Part shown: positions 25,401-37,720 of the stretch, one piece after another
How the letters are laid out: each line of letters starts with the position of its first letter
How positions within the stretch are numbered: position 1 is the first letter of the stretch
Source of the DNA: Catajapyx aquilonaris
Lineage: Eukaryota
Direction of reading: 5' to 3'
NCBI GenBank assembly: GCA_000934665.2
Contig: KZ538557.1
Location: 1-62,267 of the forward strand
Length of the DNA stretch: 62,267 nt
Program-made: the position numbers and the translations under genes
Notes under the pieces: model-generated
Databases searched by the model: none
The model's input: the letters and a program-made list of their open reading frames with translations, nothing else
Told to the model about the DNA's origin: nothing

Positions 25401-28400
25401 TGGTCCGCTGTTATTATCCCTTATTCCTTCCCTACTTCTATGTCCTTGCTTCTACAATGTACCTTTTCACCTTGGTAGGTCCCTACCCAATCATTTACCT
25501 TTCCATCCAAGCAATGGTCATGTTTGTGGTGAGCCGATGTGGAAGCCGCCTTTTTTTGTGGGGGACTGTCCTAGCCTTCCTGATGGCAATCAACTTTTCC
25601 AGCACAGTTGGGTCACTGCAGGCATGGTTCTTTGGGAATAATCCCAATTTGATATATGTTATGTCAGTGGCAGTTGCATGGACATACTCAAGGAGCCTCA
25701 GTTTTGGAATGGACCGGATTGCGCAAGGCCGAGGTTGCTGGCACTCCTGGCATGAAGACATGGTTGTAATGATGGCATATGTGCTGTACCTTCCACTCTT
25801 GCTGCTAGGACCACTCATCACCTTTGAGCAGTTCGAATATGATGTAAAGTACACATATTATTATTACATGGTAGACGCAAGGAGTGATGCTGCATTAATT
25901 GCAGATCTTGTGAAAATAGTTGGTTCAGAATACATTCATTATGAAGGGGGAGATCTCAGGAAGCTGACAAATTTACCTGTCCTTATAAGAAGGCACAATC
26001 ATAGTCAACGAGAGACAAGTTTGGCAAAGTATGCTCAGCATATTCTTCTTCCTTCTCATGTTGTAAGCACTACCCAACGCAGGAAAAAATATGCACAAAC
26101 CTATTGCAATGTTTTCTTATGATGTTTTGGTGACCGATGATATTCTTTTTCCAAATTGCGCTACATGTCAGCTGGCAAACTTTTGCAATATAATAATTAA
26201 ACCTGTCTGGAACAGACCCTGAACACAGTGGGTACTTTCCAGTCCATTATTTTTGCGTGGTCCCTGAGAATGATTTTTACATCCTAGTGTTAAGTATTGC
26301 AAAGGATCTCTTCCAGGGTTGACTTTGTTGGGAGGCACGATAATTTTTATAGGAAGTTGCTCCTAACAAGGTATGAAAAAGCGAAGCTCAATTTTTTAAA
26401 ATACAGGTAGTACCCGTTTTACACTGGTAATTGGTTACAGCAAAATGCGGCCAAAAGTGAAAAGGCATAAAACGAGACAAAATTATAATGGAAGTAAATG
26501 AGATAGGTTCCAAGATTTCCAAAATTTCCCTCAGGCAGTACTTAAATTGCTGTTTTTAATGGTGACTATGTGAAACATTTATTATGCACATTAATGGGAG
26601 TTTCCAGATTGAATGTTATCTGGTTTTGAGGCTCCTTTTTCCTTCTTTTGGCAAGGAATGCAGTAGACATAGGGTATTTAACAGCAGACTTCAGAGAGTG
26701 CCGAGACCAACAGTATGGTACTGTATGTATCGATAGTCCCCATCACAAGGCACCACGAAAAACAAAAAGCAATTATGGTTGTGTATTTTTTGGACTCAGC
26801 AGTGTTGCAGTGATATGTTTATGTTCAGATTGTGTTGTCATCGTCAAATATTTCACAATTTTTCAATTAAAAAATTTTAGGACTGCAGTTTCCAACCAGC
26901 GTTAATGTGAAGCGGCGTAAAATGGAGCAACGTGAAACGGGTACTTACTGTATGTCGTTTGAGTAGTGAAAACCTGGGCTTGAAAGTTGAGAATTAGAAG
27001 TTTTTTTTTTGAAATGGCCACAGAAAGTGCTAAGAACCTGCCAGAATTTCAACTTAATTTTTATAACAATATTTGGTAGATGATGGTCAATTTTTTGAGT
27101 CTCATGTGGTTCACTGAAACTTGTATACAGGGTGAAGGGAAACTCCCGCCAAATCGCCAGGTACACTGATAGTACTCGCAAAACTAATATAGGGATGTGA
27201 AATTAGTTTTTGGCTCTGTTGCGTATTTAATGCGTACAGCATGGTCAACGTTTCGTGATGTCACATCCGTTCCGCCAGCTTCTAAGAAGCAAAAGTCAGT
27301 TCGAGGGCCTCTGGTCCCTTGCCTTGATCCCCTAACACATCGTCCATGTGCAAAAGGTGATCAAATGCCGTCAGAGTAAGAATCCGTGTTCGACAGCCAT
27401 GCACTTTGTCGTTTTTGCCTCACATTCCAATTAGTATTGCGAGTACTATCAGTCTACCTGGCTATTTGGAGCGAGTTTCCCTTCACCCTGAATATTGAAA
27501 TTAATGATCATTGAACAATGTGGCAACACCTCAAATGGGGTATTACATGCTTAAGTTCATTTTAAATTTTACTAAAGGTTTTGCTTGTGATCATTATGCT
27601 GCTCAAAAAATTGGCTATCATCTGCAATTGTTATAAAAATTAAAATTCTGCCAGATTCATAGCACTTTCTGTGGCCATTACAAATGTGAAAAATGTGAAA
27701 ATTCTCAACTTTCAAAACCATGTTTTCACTACTGGGAAAACATTTAAAAACTGAGTTTCACTTTTAATATAATATTATTAGGAGCAATTTCCAATAAAAA
27801 TTATCATGCCTGACCACAAAATCAATCTTATGTAGAAGGCATCCTTTTTGCAGAACAGTGTAATTTGGTGTAGGCTCTTTAGGCCAGTGGTTTCCAACCT
27901 TATACCGATGGCAACTCCTTAAACATGTTTCCATAAATGTGCGACCCCCCTTCCTCCTCCTCCCCCTTTCCCCGGCCTCCCATACAACTGCCCCCTTTTC
28001 AGAAAACGTACACTCTGTATGGCCGCAAAAATGGTTTAATTGACACAGAAATTGCACTAACAAAAACGTGATGATTAGGCGCAGGGCACCTAGTTCGTGT
28101 TTTTTCCATTTTCGCCCACGAAATGATATTTATGGCCAGTTGAAGTGAACGGAAAACGGCGTTTCCGAAATGTCAATTTGATTAACATGGCGGAGGGAAT
28201 CACGAGATAATCGGACACATGTCTGAGGCCATGTGTCTGCAATTTTAATGCAACCGTGTCGAGTACGGTACCATTTTAAAGACCAAATCTTTGCGTGTGT
28301 TTTTCGAGATTTACATATTGTGACAAAGTGCCCTACAAAATGTGTTACCATATATTTACTGCTGCGCCCCCTTAATCCTGGGTATTACCTTTGCACATCC

Positions 28401-30715
28401 AGCCAGAACTTCATCAATTCTCCATCTTGAAATTAATCTTTCAATGTCCGATCACAGCGCTAATAAATGAGCTGCTCTAGTTCATAAGTCTGAGACAGTT
28501 TTTCCCTTAAAAACTCACTGAAGAGATTTCGAACCTACTTGGCCTCTGCTATGTCAATGTCACCGAAATGTTTCTCGAAACTCTCGTTTAGCATTTGCAA
28601 ATGTGTGGAGGTGACTCGCTCTTGAATTTTGCGCTACTGCCCCAAGATACTCTTGCAGACGATGAAACATTTCAAATGAAGATTGCTCCACTTTTTCTGC
28701 CAGCTAGAGGTCGAGTTTTAATAAAAATGCACTTATTTTTTCATGCTATGAAAAAATGTTCCTTGATTTAACCCCTTGCAGAGAAGTGTTGAGCACATTC
28801 AGATCCTCAAACATATCTGCAATGACTTTTTAAATAATTGCATCTGCTTCTCCTGGATAGCTCTTTCCTTCAAATGTAAGTGCACCTTGATTGGCTCCGT
28901 AGTGAGCTAGGTAGTGGGGCTTCCGCGGATTGGATAGAGAAGAGCGTGAAGGCGAATGTTGCTAGATTTCTCTCGCCGAACTATGGCTCAAACATAAAAC
29001 GTGTATACAGTGTTCACTCATTTTTTATTTTTAAATTATTCATTATTGCATTCATAAATTGGAAAAAAAATGTGGAACCAAGGCTCGCAACCCCCCAACC
29101 CCCCACAGGTTGGAAACCATGGCTCTAGGCTAATAGATTTGTGCTATTGTCACCTTAGTAAAATCATTATACTTTTCAGCTAAATCAGCCGTACAAGCCA
29201 TGGACTGGAAAGGAGATATTGATCCTGTCTGCAAATGTGTTCCGCTATGCCTTCTGGATGTTTGTTAATGACCTGATTCTTCACTACATCTACTTCAATG
29301 CCCTTCAATTTGAGCCAGAATTGGTGACTACCATGGGACTATGGGAAGTCTGTGGGATGGGCTACTGCTTAGGTCAATTTTTTATGACCAAGTATGTTGT
29401 CTTCTTTGGATTTCCTGCCCTTTTTGCACGTGCAGAAGGATACACTGCTCCAGCTCACCCGAAGTGCATTGGGCGTATACACCTGTATTCGGATATGTGG
29501 AAGCACTTTGATGGTGGGCTCTACACATTTCTGGTGACCTATATATATAAGCCTGTTTTGGAGGTATTCCCTGGAGGAGGAAAGCTCCCGGCTTCCTTCC
29601 TGTGCTTTGCCTTTGTATTTCTGTGGCATGGCATACAGGATTATGTGTTCATATGGTCCCTTCTCAACTTTCTTGGAATAACCTTAGGTAAGTAAATATT
29701 GTATAATTTTATACTGTTATGGATTGTGCATTAAACGATGTGCAAAATAATGTACATTGCAAAAATTCATATGCTTCCTCTGACCAATGATTTGAACAGA
29801 CTTTGAGAAGTCAGTCTGTTATAGCTGAAGCTGTTATATTCGAAGTCAACTATACAGGGTGGTCCAACTTCAAGTGTCGTTTTATAACGGCTATTTATAG
29901 AAGCGCTTTACGATTATCATAGCAGCCACGTGTAGAATGGCCCACTTCGGCGCCATCGAAAATATTAGCTGCCAATAGCAGCACACATGTAATGAACCCT
30001 GTGCAACCACATGCGGCACCAATGCCAATCTGGTGCCTTGGACGTCACCCATTTCACCCAGACGCATCGCAGGTCATGTGTGCACCTCCTTTTTTCCAGG
30101 TCAACCCAGCAGCAGGGTTGATTACATGTGTGCTGCTATTGGCAGCTAATATTTTCGATGGCGTCGAAGTGGGACATTTTACACGTCGCTGCTACGTCAT
30201 CGCAAAATCACTGCTATTAATCGCCGTTATAAAACGACACTTGAAGTTGGACCACCCTGTATAAGAAATTTGTATTGTTTCTGTACATTATTATAAATTA
30301 TGATACAGTCTTATAAATTGTTGCCTCGTAACTTTTGCAGAGGCAGTTTCAAGGCGAGTGTCCCAGTGGAGATGCTATCGTCGCCTGGAAAACAAGACTT
30401 GCCCATCACCATCTTGGGTCCAAAGATGGCGGATGATGTGGGTGTCTCCCTTGTTGATGATGTCTGCACTTTCAAACTTCTATTTTTTTGCTGGGAAAGA
30501 CACAGGAGATGTATTTGTCAAAAAAATATGCTGGGAAGGTATGCTGTTACTTGATGTAGCAATTGAGCTCCTCCTTTAACTTGCTTTGCAATTCAGGTTT
30601 TCCAGAAGGCACATTGATAGTGCTCATGTTTCTCTACTGTACCTGCCACGTTGGGAGTGAAATGGCTGCATATGAAGCGAAGAAGGCTGCAACTAGCAAG
30701 AAGTGTGAGAGATGA
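19463..30715 (+). CDS. HHAT: Hedgehog acyltransferase (HHAT/rasp, MBOAT family), paralogue 1, 515 aa; exons 19463-19589, 25248-25843, 29180-29687, 30341-30538, 30597-30715
   Basis: All junctions are GT-AG and phase-consistent (1548 nt). Motifs KDTSDYEW, YVLYLPLLLLGPLITF, HPKCIGRIHLYSDMWKHFDGGLY, and FVFLWHG (catalytic His). Confidence 0.9.
20023..20232 (+). pseudogene. THAP zinc-finger N-terminus of a transposase (Kolobok-like remnant)
   Basis: YCCVWQC...IHRFPKD...REWEVRL; truncated before the final C..H. Confidence 0.7.
20275..20815. mobile_element. MITE with ~85-bp imperfect inverted arms
   Basis: ATGCATTTTATTCATTCATT...CCACCTGACCATCTC (20275-20361) versus GAGATGGTCAGGTGG...GAATAATGCAT (20722-20814). 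Confidence 0.6.
21428..21861 (-). pseudogene. SWIM zinc-finger protein remnant (Kolobok second-gene-like)
   Basis: Frameshifted pieces VAVCLQSSNP / KPHEVRLEL / VCTCKAGQSGKCKHAIA (CxC...CxH), followed by a CAG|GTGAGT donor. Confidence 0.7.
22572..22681. repeat. ~110-bp near-perfect palindrome (mini-MITE)
   Basis: ATGTACTATATCGC...CAAGTGCAA/TTGCACTTG...GCGATATAGTACAT. Confidence 0.85.
22748..24387. mobile_element. Tigger/pogo-like MITE hosting a Kolobok-like MITE
   Basis: TA|CACTGTACTC...GAGTACAGTG|TA with GGATAATC subrepeats. Confidence 0.65.
22988..24108. mobile_element. Kolobok-like non-autonomous element
   Basis: TTAA|GGTAGTTCTTGCGCT...AGCGCAAGAACTACC|TTAA; purine termini with a TTAA TSD. 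Confidence 0.7.
24390..25068. mobile_element. Two inverted, degenerate 3' halves of a mariner transposase
   Basis: YSPDLPPCDFFRFPEM on (-); SRDLAPCDFFIFPEMETHLKG...GDYVEK* on (+). Confidence 0.8.
26404..26950. mobile_element. Tigger/pogo-like MITE
   Basis: TA|CAGGTAGTACCCGTTT...AAACGGGTACTTACTG|TA. Confidence 0.6.
27128..27490. mobile_element. Tc1/mariner MITE family A (copy 1), nested in a palindromic MITE (~26962-27733)
   Basis: CAGGGTGAAGGGAAACTC TIRs; similar to 33945-34392. Confidence 0.75.
27885..29122 (-). mobile_element. hAT (Charlie/Buster-type) deletion derivative with a transposase remnant
   Basis: CAGTGGTTTCCAACCT...AGGTTGGAAACCATGG; 8-bp TSD CTTTAGGC/CTCTAGGC; minus-strand ADMFEDLNVLNTSLQG at ~28775-28822. 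Confidence 0.75.
29855..30259. mobile_element. Tc1/mariner MITE family B (copy 1)
   Basis: TA|CAGGGTGGTCCAACTTCAAGTGTCG...CCACCCTG|TA; ~140-bp arms; inverted copy at 48725-49111. Confidence 0.85.
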
Positions 30716-31918
30716 CCATGATAGAGTGGATGCTTGGCCTGTGTCTGATACACACCTTTTATGTGGGGATCTTCCTAATTCTTTTACGAAAATGGTAATG
30801 AAAAGAATTGCTGTTCATTCTTTATAAACATTTCTGACAGGTAGTTTAGGAAGATTTGGGAAGCAAGTATTTATCTGGCTTTCAATAGTGAAATAAACAA
30901 GATTTTGGGAAAGGTATTCATCCTTTTTGTCTTATGGACATATTTTTGAAATTAACCACTTGATCAATAAACATGGGCCAGCTTCTGTAGGCTGCTTGGG
31001 AACATGAATTAGTTTTTTCAGGAAAATGCACCTCAGGTTATTGCACAGTTTTACACTCACTGCATAGTAGCTAAGTTTGCAGGTAAAGCCACAACACCCA
31101 TTGTTAATATGGCAGCCCCTGACAGAAGTACAATTATGGTGGGGGTGAGAATTTTGACCTCATTAAAATGAACAAGCTAGGTCAGAAAGGATACCTTTCT
31201 GAACTCTGCAGTTTACATAATGGCTCAATAAAATTGCTCCTAAAGTCATTGTTGAGAAGGCATTTTATTAAACCACTTACTGAATGGAAACAGCTGTGAG
31301 GGCTGTTAACTACCATAGTAATTGGTTTGTTATGACAGCATTGATCAATTTACAAATAGTAGTTGCGTACATTTATAAAGGTTGGTTTTAGTGACCCACA
31401 GCCAGTGAAGTCTTGGTTGCTGCACCGGCAACATTATTTTGCAATTTTTTTTTGTGGCACTTGTAATTGATTTATGTGGGTGGCCTTGACCTTGAATGGT
31501 TCCAACAGCCTTTGGGAACCACATGCTGTAGAACACCAAATAGTGACATCAGCTTATTTCGATTGGACTTGTCTGCATTACTATTGGCACATTAACCTAA
31601 TATTTCAGGCATTTGAAAATTAATTATCACATGTGAGTAGGATAATTTTTTAACTTTCCTAATTGATGTTTTGCCCAAACCACTTTTTATTTTTTGCAAA
31701 AAAAACATCCACTCTATAGATCTGTTTGTGTAAATTGATCAATCAGTGTGATAATAACTAAGATTGCACAAGTGGGCAAACTGCTTACAGTCAGAGCTTT
31801 CTGCTTTATCTTGGCACATTCTGTTTGGCTGCTGAGTGGTGATGAGCTCTTCTGTCTCTCTCCCTCGATATCCTCCTCTCGTTCCCAAGTCACTCCCAAT
31901 TCAATCCATATGCATATA

Positions 31919-32514
31919 CAGTACAACTTCTATAAGTCGAACTTCCCTAAGTCGAAGTTCTCTATGTCGAAGAAAATCGTGAGATTGGTTGGTCACAATA
32001 TAAAATAATAGGAAATAAACTTCCCTAACTCGAATTTCTATAACTCGAAGTTCTCCATAACTCGAAGTGCTGGCAGGGCCTTACGATGGGATATCAATGC
32101 ATTTTCAGTCTCCCTAAGTCGAAGTTCACGTTGCCGAGTACGGAAAATATTTTAATTTCCCAGCCGAAGGGTCGAGAGTAGGCCACATGGACAGAAAGGC
32201 TCAATTTCCTGATCTCCGTCTACCAGACGTACCGAAAGAAGTGTTTGACTCGATTGTGACAATTGAATCCTTGAATCTAAGAGTAGGCAAATGTCCATCA
32301 CAGAGATTTTTTACACCAAAACAACTAGGAACGTTGTAAGAGTGATAGTGACAGTTATTTTTAAGTTTTGAACACCTTTCGTCGCTGGATATAAAGGCAG
32401 CCTTCCTCATAGAGTTCTGTGCTTAAAAAATTCCAAACTTCCCTAACTCGAATCTTCTATAACTATAAGTTTTTTTCCGGTCCCATGGAGATTCGACTTA
32501 TAGAAGTTTTACTG
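31919..32514. mobile_element. Tigger/pogo-like MITE
   Basis: TA|CAGTACAACTTCTATAAGTCGAA...TTCGACTTATAGAAGTTTTACTG|TA; a 5' fragment also occurs at ~8306-8448. Confidence 0.8.
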
Positions 32515-33002
32515 TATTACTGTGTAACCCCCATTTTATTTTTCAAGCAGAAAAAAAGCTACATAGTGGTATAAATATCTCAACTACCAAAATAGGACTT
32601 TGTGGATTTCTCTTGCATGTTGACAATTGGCAGTTCAACCTCCATCACAGGGTCTAGTTGGTCCCGGAGCTAACCCTGCTGCTTGATTAAAGTTGACTCC
32701 TCCAGTCTGGGTTAATGGCAGCCAAAGTCAAGTTGGAAGCAGTGTTTTGGAGCTCCTGGAGGAGGTCAAGGCTCTTGACCAGGTATAGTACACCTCAGGG
32801 GAGTGTATATGAGGGACAGGGACACCAAGTGGAAGTGTATACTGTAATGTCATTTCTTCCCTCGAAAAGCCAGGGTCTGGTTCCTGTGTCAGAGGAAAGT
32901 ATCCCAGCACTTTTTTTTTTGTTGTTATGCACACATGGATGCAACTCAACCCTTACTCACTCACGACTTGGGGTTAATCAGCCTCATAATTAGGGCAGTC
33001 AT

Positions 33003-33271
33003 GTAAGGGCGACACGGTGGCCGAGTGGTTAGCGCCGCAGCCTTCCACCTCTGAGGTCCCGAGTTCGATCCCCGGGTCGGACGGAGGATACTTATGTGGA
33101 TAGAGTTTCGATGGGTTCTCTCCGTGTTCGCGTGGGTTTTCTCGGGGTTCTCCCGTTTCCTCCCACTATCAAAATCCATCACATTACAGGCAAATGATTA
33201 AAGTCGGGTATTCAAAAGATGATCCCCCAAGAGGCCCAAGGGGCCTATCACGGGGTATCCATTATTATTAT
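33003..33271 (+). mobile_element. tRNA-derived SINE with a V-domain-like body (copy 1)
   Basis: A/B boxes; GTTCTCTCCGTGTTCGCGTGGGTTTTCTCGGGGTTCTCCCGTTTCCTCCCAC; 16-bp TSD TAATTAGGGCAGTCAT. Other copies at ~36330-36480, 37040-37320 and 48575-48700. Confidence 0.8.
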
Positions 33272-33944
33272 TAATTAGGGCAGTCATTATGTCTAAGGAC
33301 CTGGATGTATTTATTTATTTACTTATTTATTTTGAGTGCAGAAGAGGTTGTGCAAGGTTATTGCTGTTCATGTGGTCAGCAAGTTAACTTTTTTTAAACT
33401 GTGAAATGACCAGGGTTGGAAAAAAGCTGTTAAGAAAACAACCAAAAACCCAATTTTTTTTGTTTAAACCAGGTTACATTTCAAATTTTTGGTTTAAATT
33501 AATTTAAACACGTTGTCACTTCTTATCATCTACATAATTATGCCCATTCTCCCATGGAATGGGACTTCCCCTTTGGAAGGGAATTTCCCATGGAATGGTT
33601 CATTAGAGTGAGGTGAGGTAAAATTGGTATAAAAACACCTTTTTTGGATTTGTCGTTCATTTTCAATTAACTGAATTGGTGGGTATACTGTATATGTATA
33701 TCCTCATTATTATTTTTTTACTTTATACAATGGGCTTATTGAAAGAAGAATGCCTCAATTTTTTTATATTTTATGAAAAATTAAACTTTATAACAAAAAT
33801 ATTGCACTCATGTTTTATACCCATTTTATCCCAGGGGTGGGTATACATGTAAAATGGGTAACTCGTGGGATACAATTCACATTTTACCACATTTTGCTTA
33901 AAAATCTACAGTAAGAAAATTAAAAGGGCAATTTCATACCTCTA

Positions 33945-34392
33945 CAGGGTGAAGGGAAACTCTAGGATAATAGCCAGGTAGACTGATAGTAATCACCAAA
34001 CTGATATAGGGATGTGCAATTAGTTTTGGCCGCCATTGCGGAGTTAATGTTTACGGTGCCTTCAAAGTTTCATGACGTCACATCCGCTCTGCCAGTTTCA
34101 ACAATCAAAACTCAGCTTGAGGACCTCCGAATAATCCGGCCTTAGTCCCCTAACTCATCGTCCATGTTCAATAGGTGATCAAATTCCGTCAGAGTAAGAA
34201 TCCGGGTACTTCACTCGTGCACTTTGTCCTTTTTACCTCATATTTTACCATCGAGCCCTCTACACTTTAAAGGCACCTTATGTATTAACTACGCAACATA
34301 GCCAAAAACTAATTGCACATCCCTATATTAGTTTTGCAAGTACTGTACTACCAGTCTACCTGGCGATTCTCTGCGAGTTTCCCTTCACTCTG
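33945..34392. mobile_element. Tc1/mariner MITE family A (copy 2)
   Basis: TA|CAGGGTGAAGGGAAACTC...GAGTTTCCCTTCACTCTG|TA. Confidence 0.75.
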
Positions 34393-34883
34393 TATAATAA
34401 TATCCCTTCAAGAATCCTTTACCTAACTGTACTAAATGTACTAAATGTAAATAAAATTGGAGAATTTTTCATGTATTCACAAAGCATGTAACTGGATAAA
34501 AATATTATTTTAGGACCCTTTTTTCATCTCTAGTGTCAGTAACAAAGGAAGTACTCCCTGTATTCAGAACTACCCGTTCTACCCCCACCCTACTCCAGAA
34601 TTCTCTACCTTCCTGCACATGGGAAATGAAGTTGAATAATCAAAAACAGCATATTTTCCCGCCGAGGGGCCAAACAATGGTCCGCGTTATAGCCGAAGCG
34701 AGGTAAAAATGAGTGTTACATCAGGAGTAAAACTACACAGGGCCATATGGAAGTTTGCCGGGACCTGCCTTTCAAGTCTGTTATAACTGAAAGTCTGTTA
34801 TAATCGAGGCTGTTATATCTGGAGTAAACTGTATTATTATTATTATTATTAAAATTAATTTTAGTTGGTTGATTGGCTGATTA

Positions 34884-35377
34884 CACTGGCCAACAAATTT
34901 TTTGTGGCATTGATGCCAGCACTTGTTCTTACCTAATTCAAGGGTGCTGAATCCAAATCTGATGTTATTTTTTCTCTGTAAGCTCCAGATTGAGAATAAT
35001 TGTGGTTCGTTCCTTTGCCTATGCTGTACCTATGCCCGCATAAAGGTAAAAGTGGCCCTTTTGGGAAGATGGCACGAAGCTCTATATATAGCGAGGTTGG
35101 TTTGGCACATTTAACACATTTGACATGAAAGGGCTAGGGTTATGATAGATGATAGTTATGCCTAATTCTCAAGCTAGCCCTAATGTAGATAGCAAGGGGT
35201 GTCCTATATATATTGCGAAAATCTCAAGTTTCAAATTGCATGAAAACTAGAGCTTGGAGAGGAAAACCGATTTCAGATTTGAAATCAGCGTTGAAAAAAT
35301 ACTTAGAATCAGTTGAAAATTCTCATTCAGCTGATTTTATTTCTGTTTTTCTTTTTTTCTTTTTTGGTTGACCAGTG
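34884..35377. mobile_element. Chapaev3-like MITE (copy 2)
   Basis: TTA|CACTGGCCAACAAA...TTGGTTGACCAGTG|TTA. Confidence 0.75.
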
Positions 35378-37039
35378 TTATTATTATTGGCAGTTATTGC
35401 AGGAATGAGGAAGAAGAACTTCAGCCTGTTTAACAATCATTTCCCCCCTTATTTGCCTTTCTCAGGCATCCTGTTTTTGTACGATGCTGGCCTCATTCCT
35501 TCTCTTCCACTTGTACTGGTTTGATTGACCCACCCCTGGCCCAGGGCCAATTGCCCCAGTCCATCTTCTCCCAGTCTTCCTTAGCCCAGGGGTTTGGGAG
35601 GGAGAAAGGGAGAAGTGATAGGCAAGATGAGAATTATGTTGTGAAATGCAGGAAAACTCGAGCGTTACAGTCTATTATAACCGAGTCTGCTATAACCGAC
35701 AGTTAGTTACCTCATTACGTTACAGTCAGGGCCCCGCCGGGGGCCCCATGGCGGGGGCATGCAGAGGAGGGGGGGGGGGGCTGGGTAACGGTTTTCTGTA
35801 ACGATCGAGTTTGCCTGCATGCCCCCTGATCCGATTTTAAAGACGTATCCACGTCTGCATGCCCCTGCCATTATAGTCGAGAAAAGTGAAACATAATGTA
35901 GGTTGAGCCTCAAAAGCTGCGGCTTGTATCCCCGACACAGCCTAATGTAATTTTTGTTGTCCTTTATCTTTTTGTGCATTTTGACTTTGTTTACATCATC
36001 AGGGGTGACTAATCCATCAGCTCTTCCCCATACCCAATCTTCCAGATCATCACCAGATCAAAGGAACACCCTGTGTATGTAGGCAGGCTGCATTTACGCT
36101 TCTTTTGCAGGTAGGCAGTTGATCATCTGCACCCCCCCCCCCCCCCCAATACCATTCCTTCCGTAAAGTTAATAAGTTACAGAATGTGCATACAGGTAAT
36201 TCGTAGCGGAGCTTCAAACGGGGTGAGATAGTGCCACATATTAAGGTTTTTCTTACGAGCAAACCAGAATAATATTGATATCTTTGAACGAATATAATAC
36301 TGCACAACATTGCTGCACATCTCACATATCAGTTTCAATGGGTTCTCTCCATGTTCGCGTGGGTTTTCTCAGGGTTCTCCCGTTTCCTCCCACAATCAAA
36401 ATCCATCACAGCGCAGGCAATGATTAAAGGTGGTTCACGAGAAGATAATCCCCAAGAAGCCTATCACAGGTATCTATTATTATTTTATTATTACTATGAC
36501 AAAATACCCTGGTTGGAATGACACTAATTTTGAACCCAAGGTGCTAACAGCATCAAAGATAAATGTGTTTCAAAGCTGGAGATTCTCCTTTTGACAGCTA
36601 GTGCAAAATTAATGAAAATATGCGCTTTAAATTGAACTTTTCTCTTTGCACACCTACTGAAGATTTCTATGGGTTGTGAACCAATGTACAGTACAGTACA
36701 GTACAGTACAGTACAGTACCTGTAAAGTATTCCTCATACTTCATGGATCTGTACTAAAGTGGAATTATTCAATATTATGTGAATTTTTTTTCATTGTTAT
36801 ATTATGATTTTAATATTTTCTAGCATAATTCTAGAAAATATTAAAATCATAAAATTAAACAAAAAATTCACATAATATTGCATAATTTCAGGGGAGGTAG
36901 CAGGGGAGGAGCAGGGAATGTTTCTAATGTGCTATTATTATTCTCAATTACTATAGTTTTCACAATAATGATGAAAACTAGTAATTGAGAATAATAATAG
37001 CACATTAGAAACATTCCCTGCCATGACATACAGTCAAGA

Positions 37040-37328
37040 TAAGGGCAACACAGTGGCCTAGTGGTTAGCGCCGCAGCCCTCCACCTCTGAGGTCCCAAGT
37101 TTGATCGCCCGACGCCCGGTCAGATGGAGGAGACTTATGTGGATAGAGTTTCGATGGGTTCTCTCCATGTTCGCATGGGTTTTCTCGGGGTTCTCCCGTT
37201 TCCTCCCACTATCAAAATTCATCACAGCGCAGGCAATGATTAAAGACGAGTATTTAAAAGATGATCCCCTAAGAGGCCGAAGGAGTCCTATCATGGGGTA
37301 TCCATTATTTTTTATTGTTTAAAAAAAA
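37040..37328 (+). mobile_element. V-domain-like SINE (copy 2)
   Basis: Similar to 33003-33271; TSD ACATACAGTCAAG at ~37027 and ~37329. Confidence 0.8.
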
Positions 37329-37720
37329 ACATACAGTCAAGGCTATATTGAAGGTTTGAATGTTTTCTAAAGTCAGTCAAGTTATATGCCTATTGGAACA
37401 TACTGCTAGATCTGTTGGTTGACAAAACATGTGATGTTTTTGACAGAATACGTGCTTTTCGAAAACTGTACATGGAAAAATGTGTTATTATACAATATTA
37501 TTCTTGTGATAATTATATAGCCTGTCATCTCAATAAAGTTTGGTACTGACATATTATGTTAATTTATTATTCTATTGTTCTGACTAGCTGCCATGCAGAC
37601 AGGGCATTGTGTACATGCTGAATATAATTACCCTTCATAGAGGTCATTACCCTTCCACTAATAATGGATTGATTTTTGTAGTCCATTTCTGGATAGCACT
37701 CAGAAAGTGTAGAAGTGGCA

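Noticed and set aside
25844..26122. C-terminal third of the 296-aa ORF as coding sequence
   Set aside because: Lies after the GTAAAG donor at 25844; MBOAT similarity resumes at 29180.
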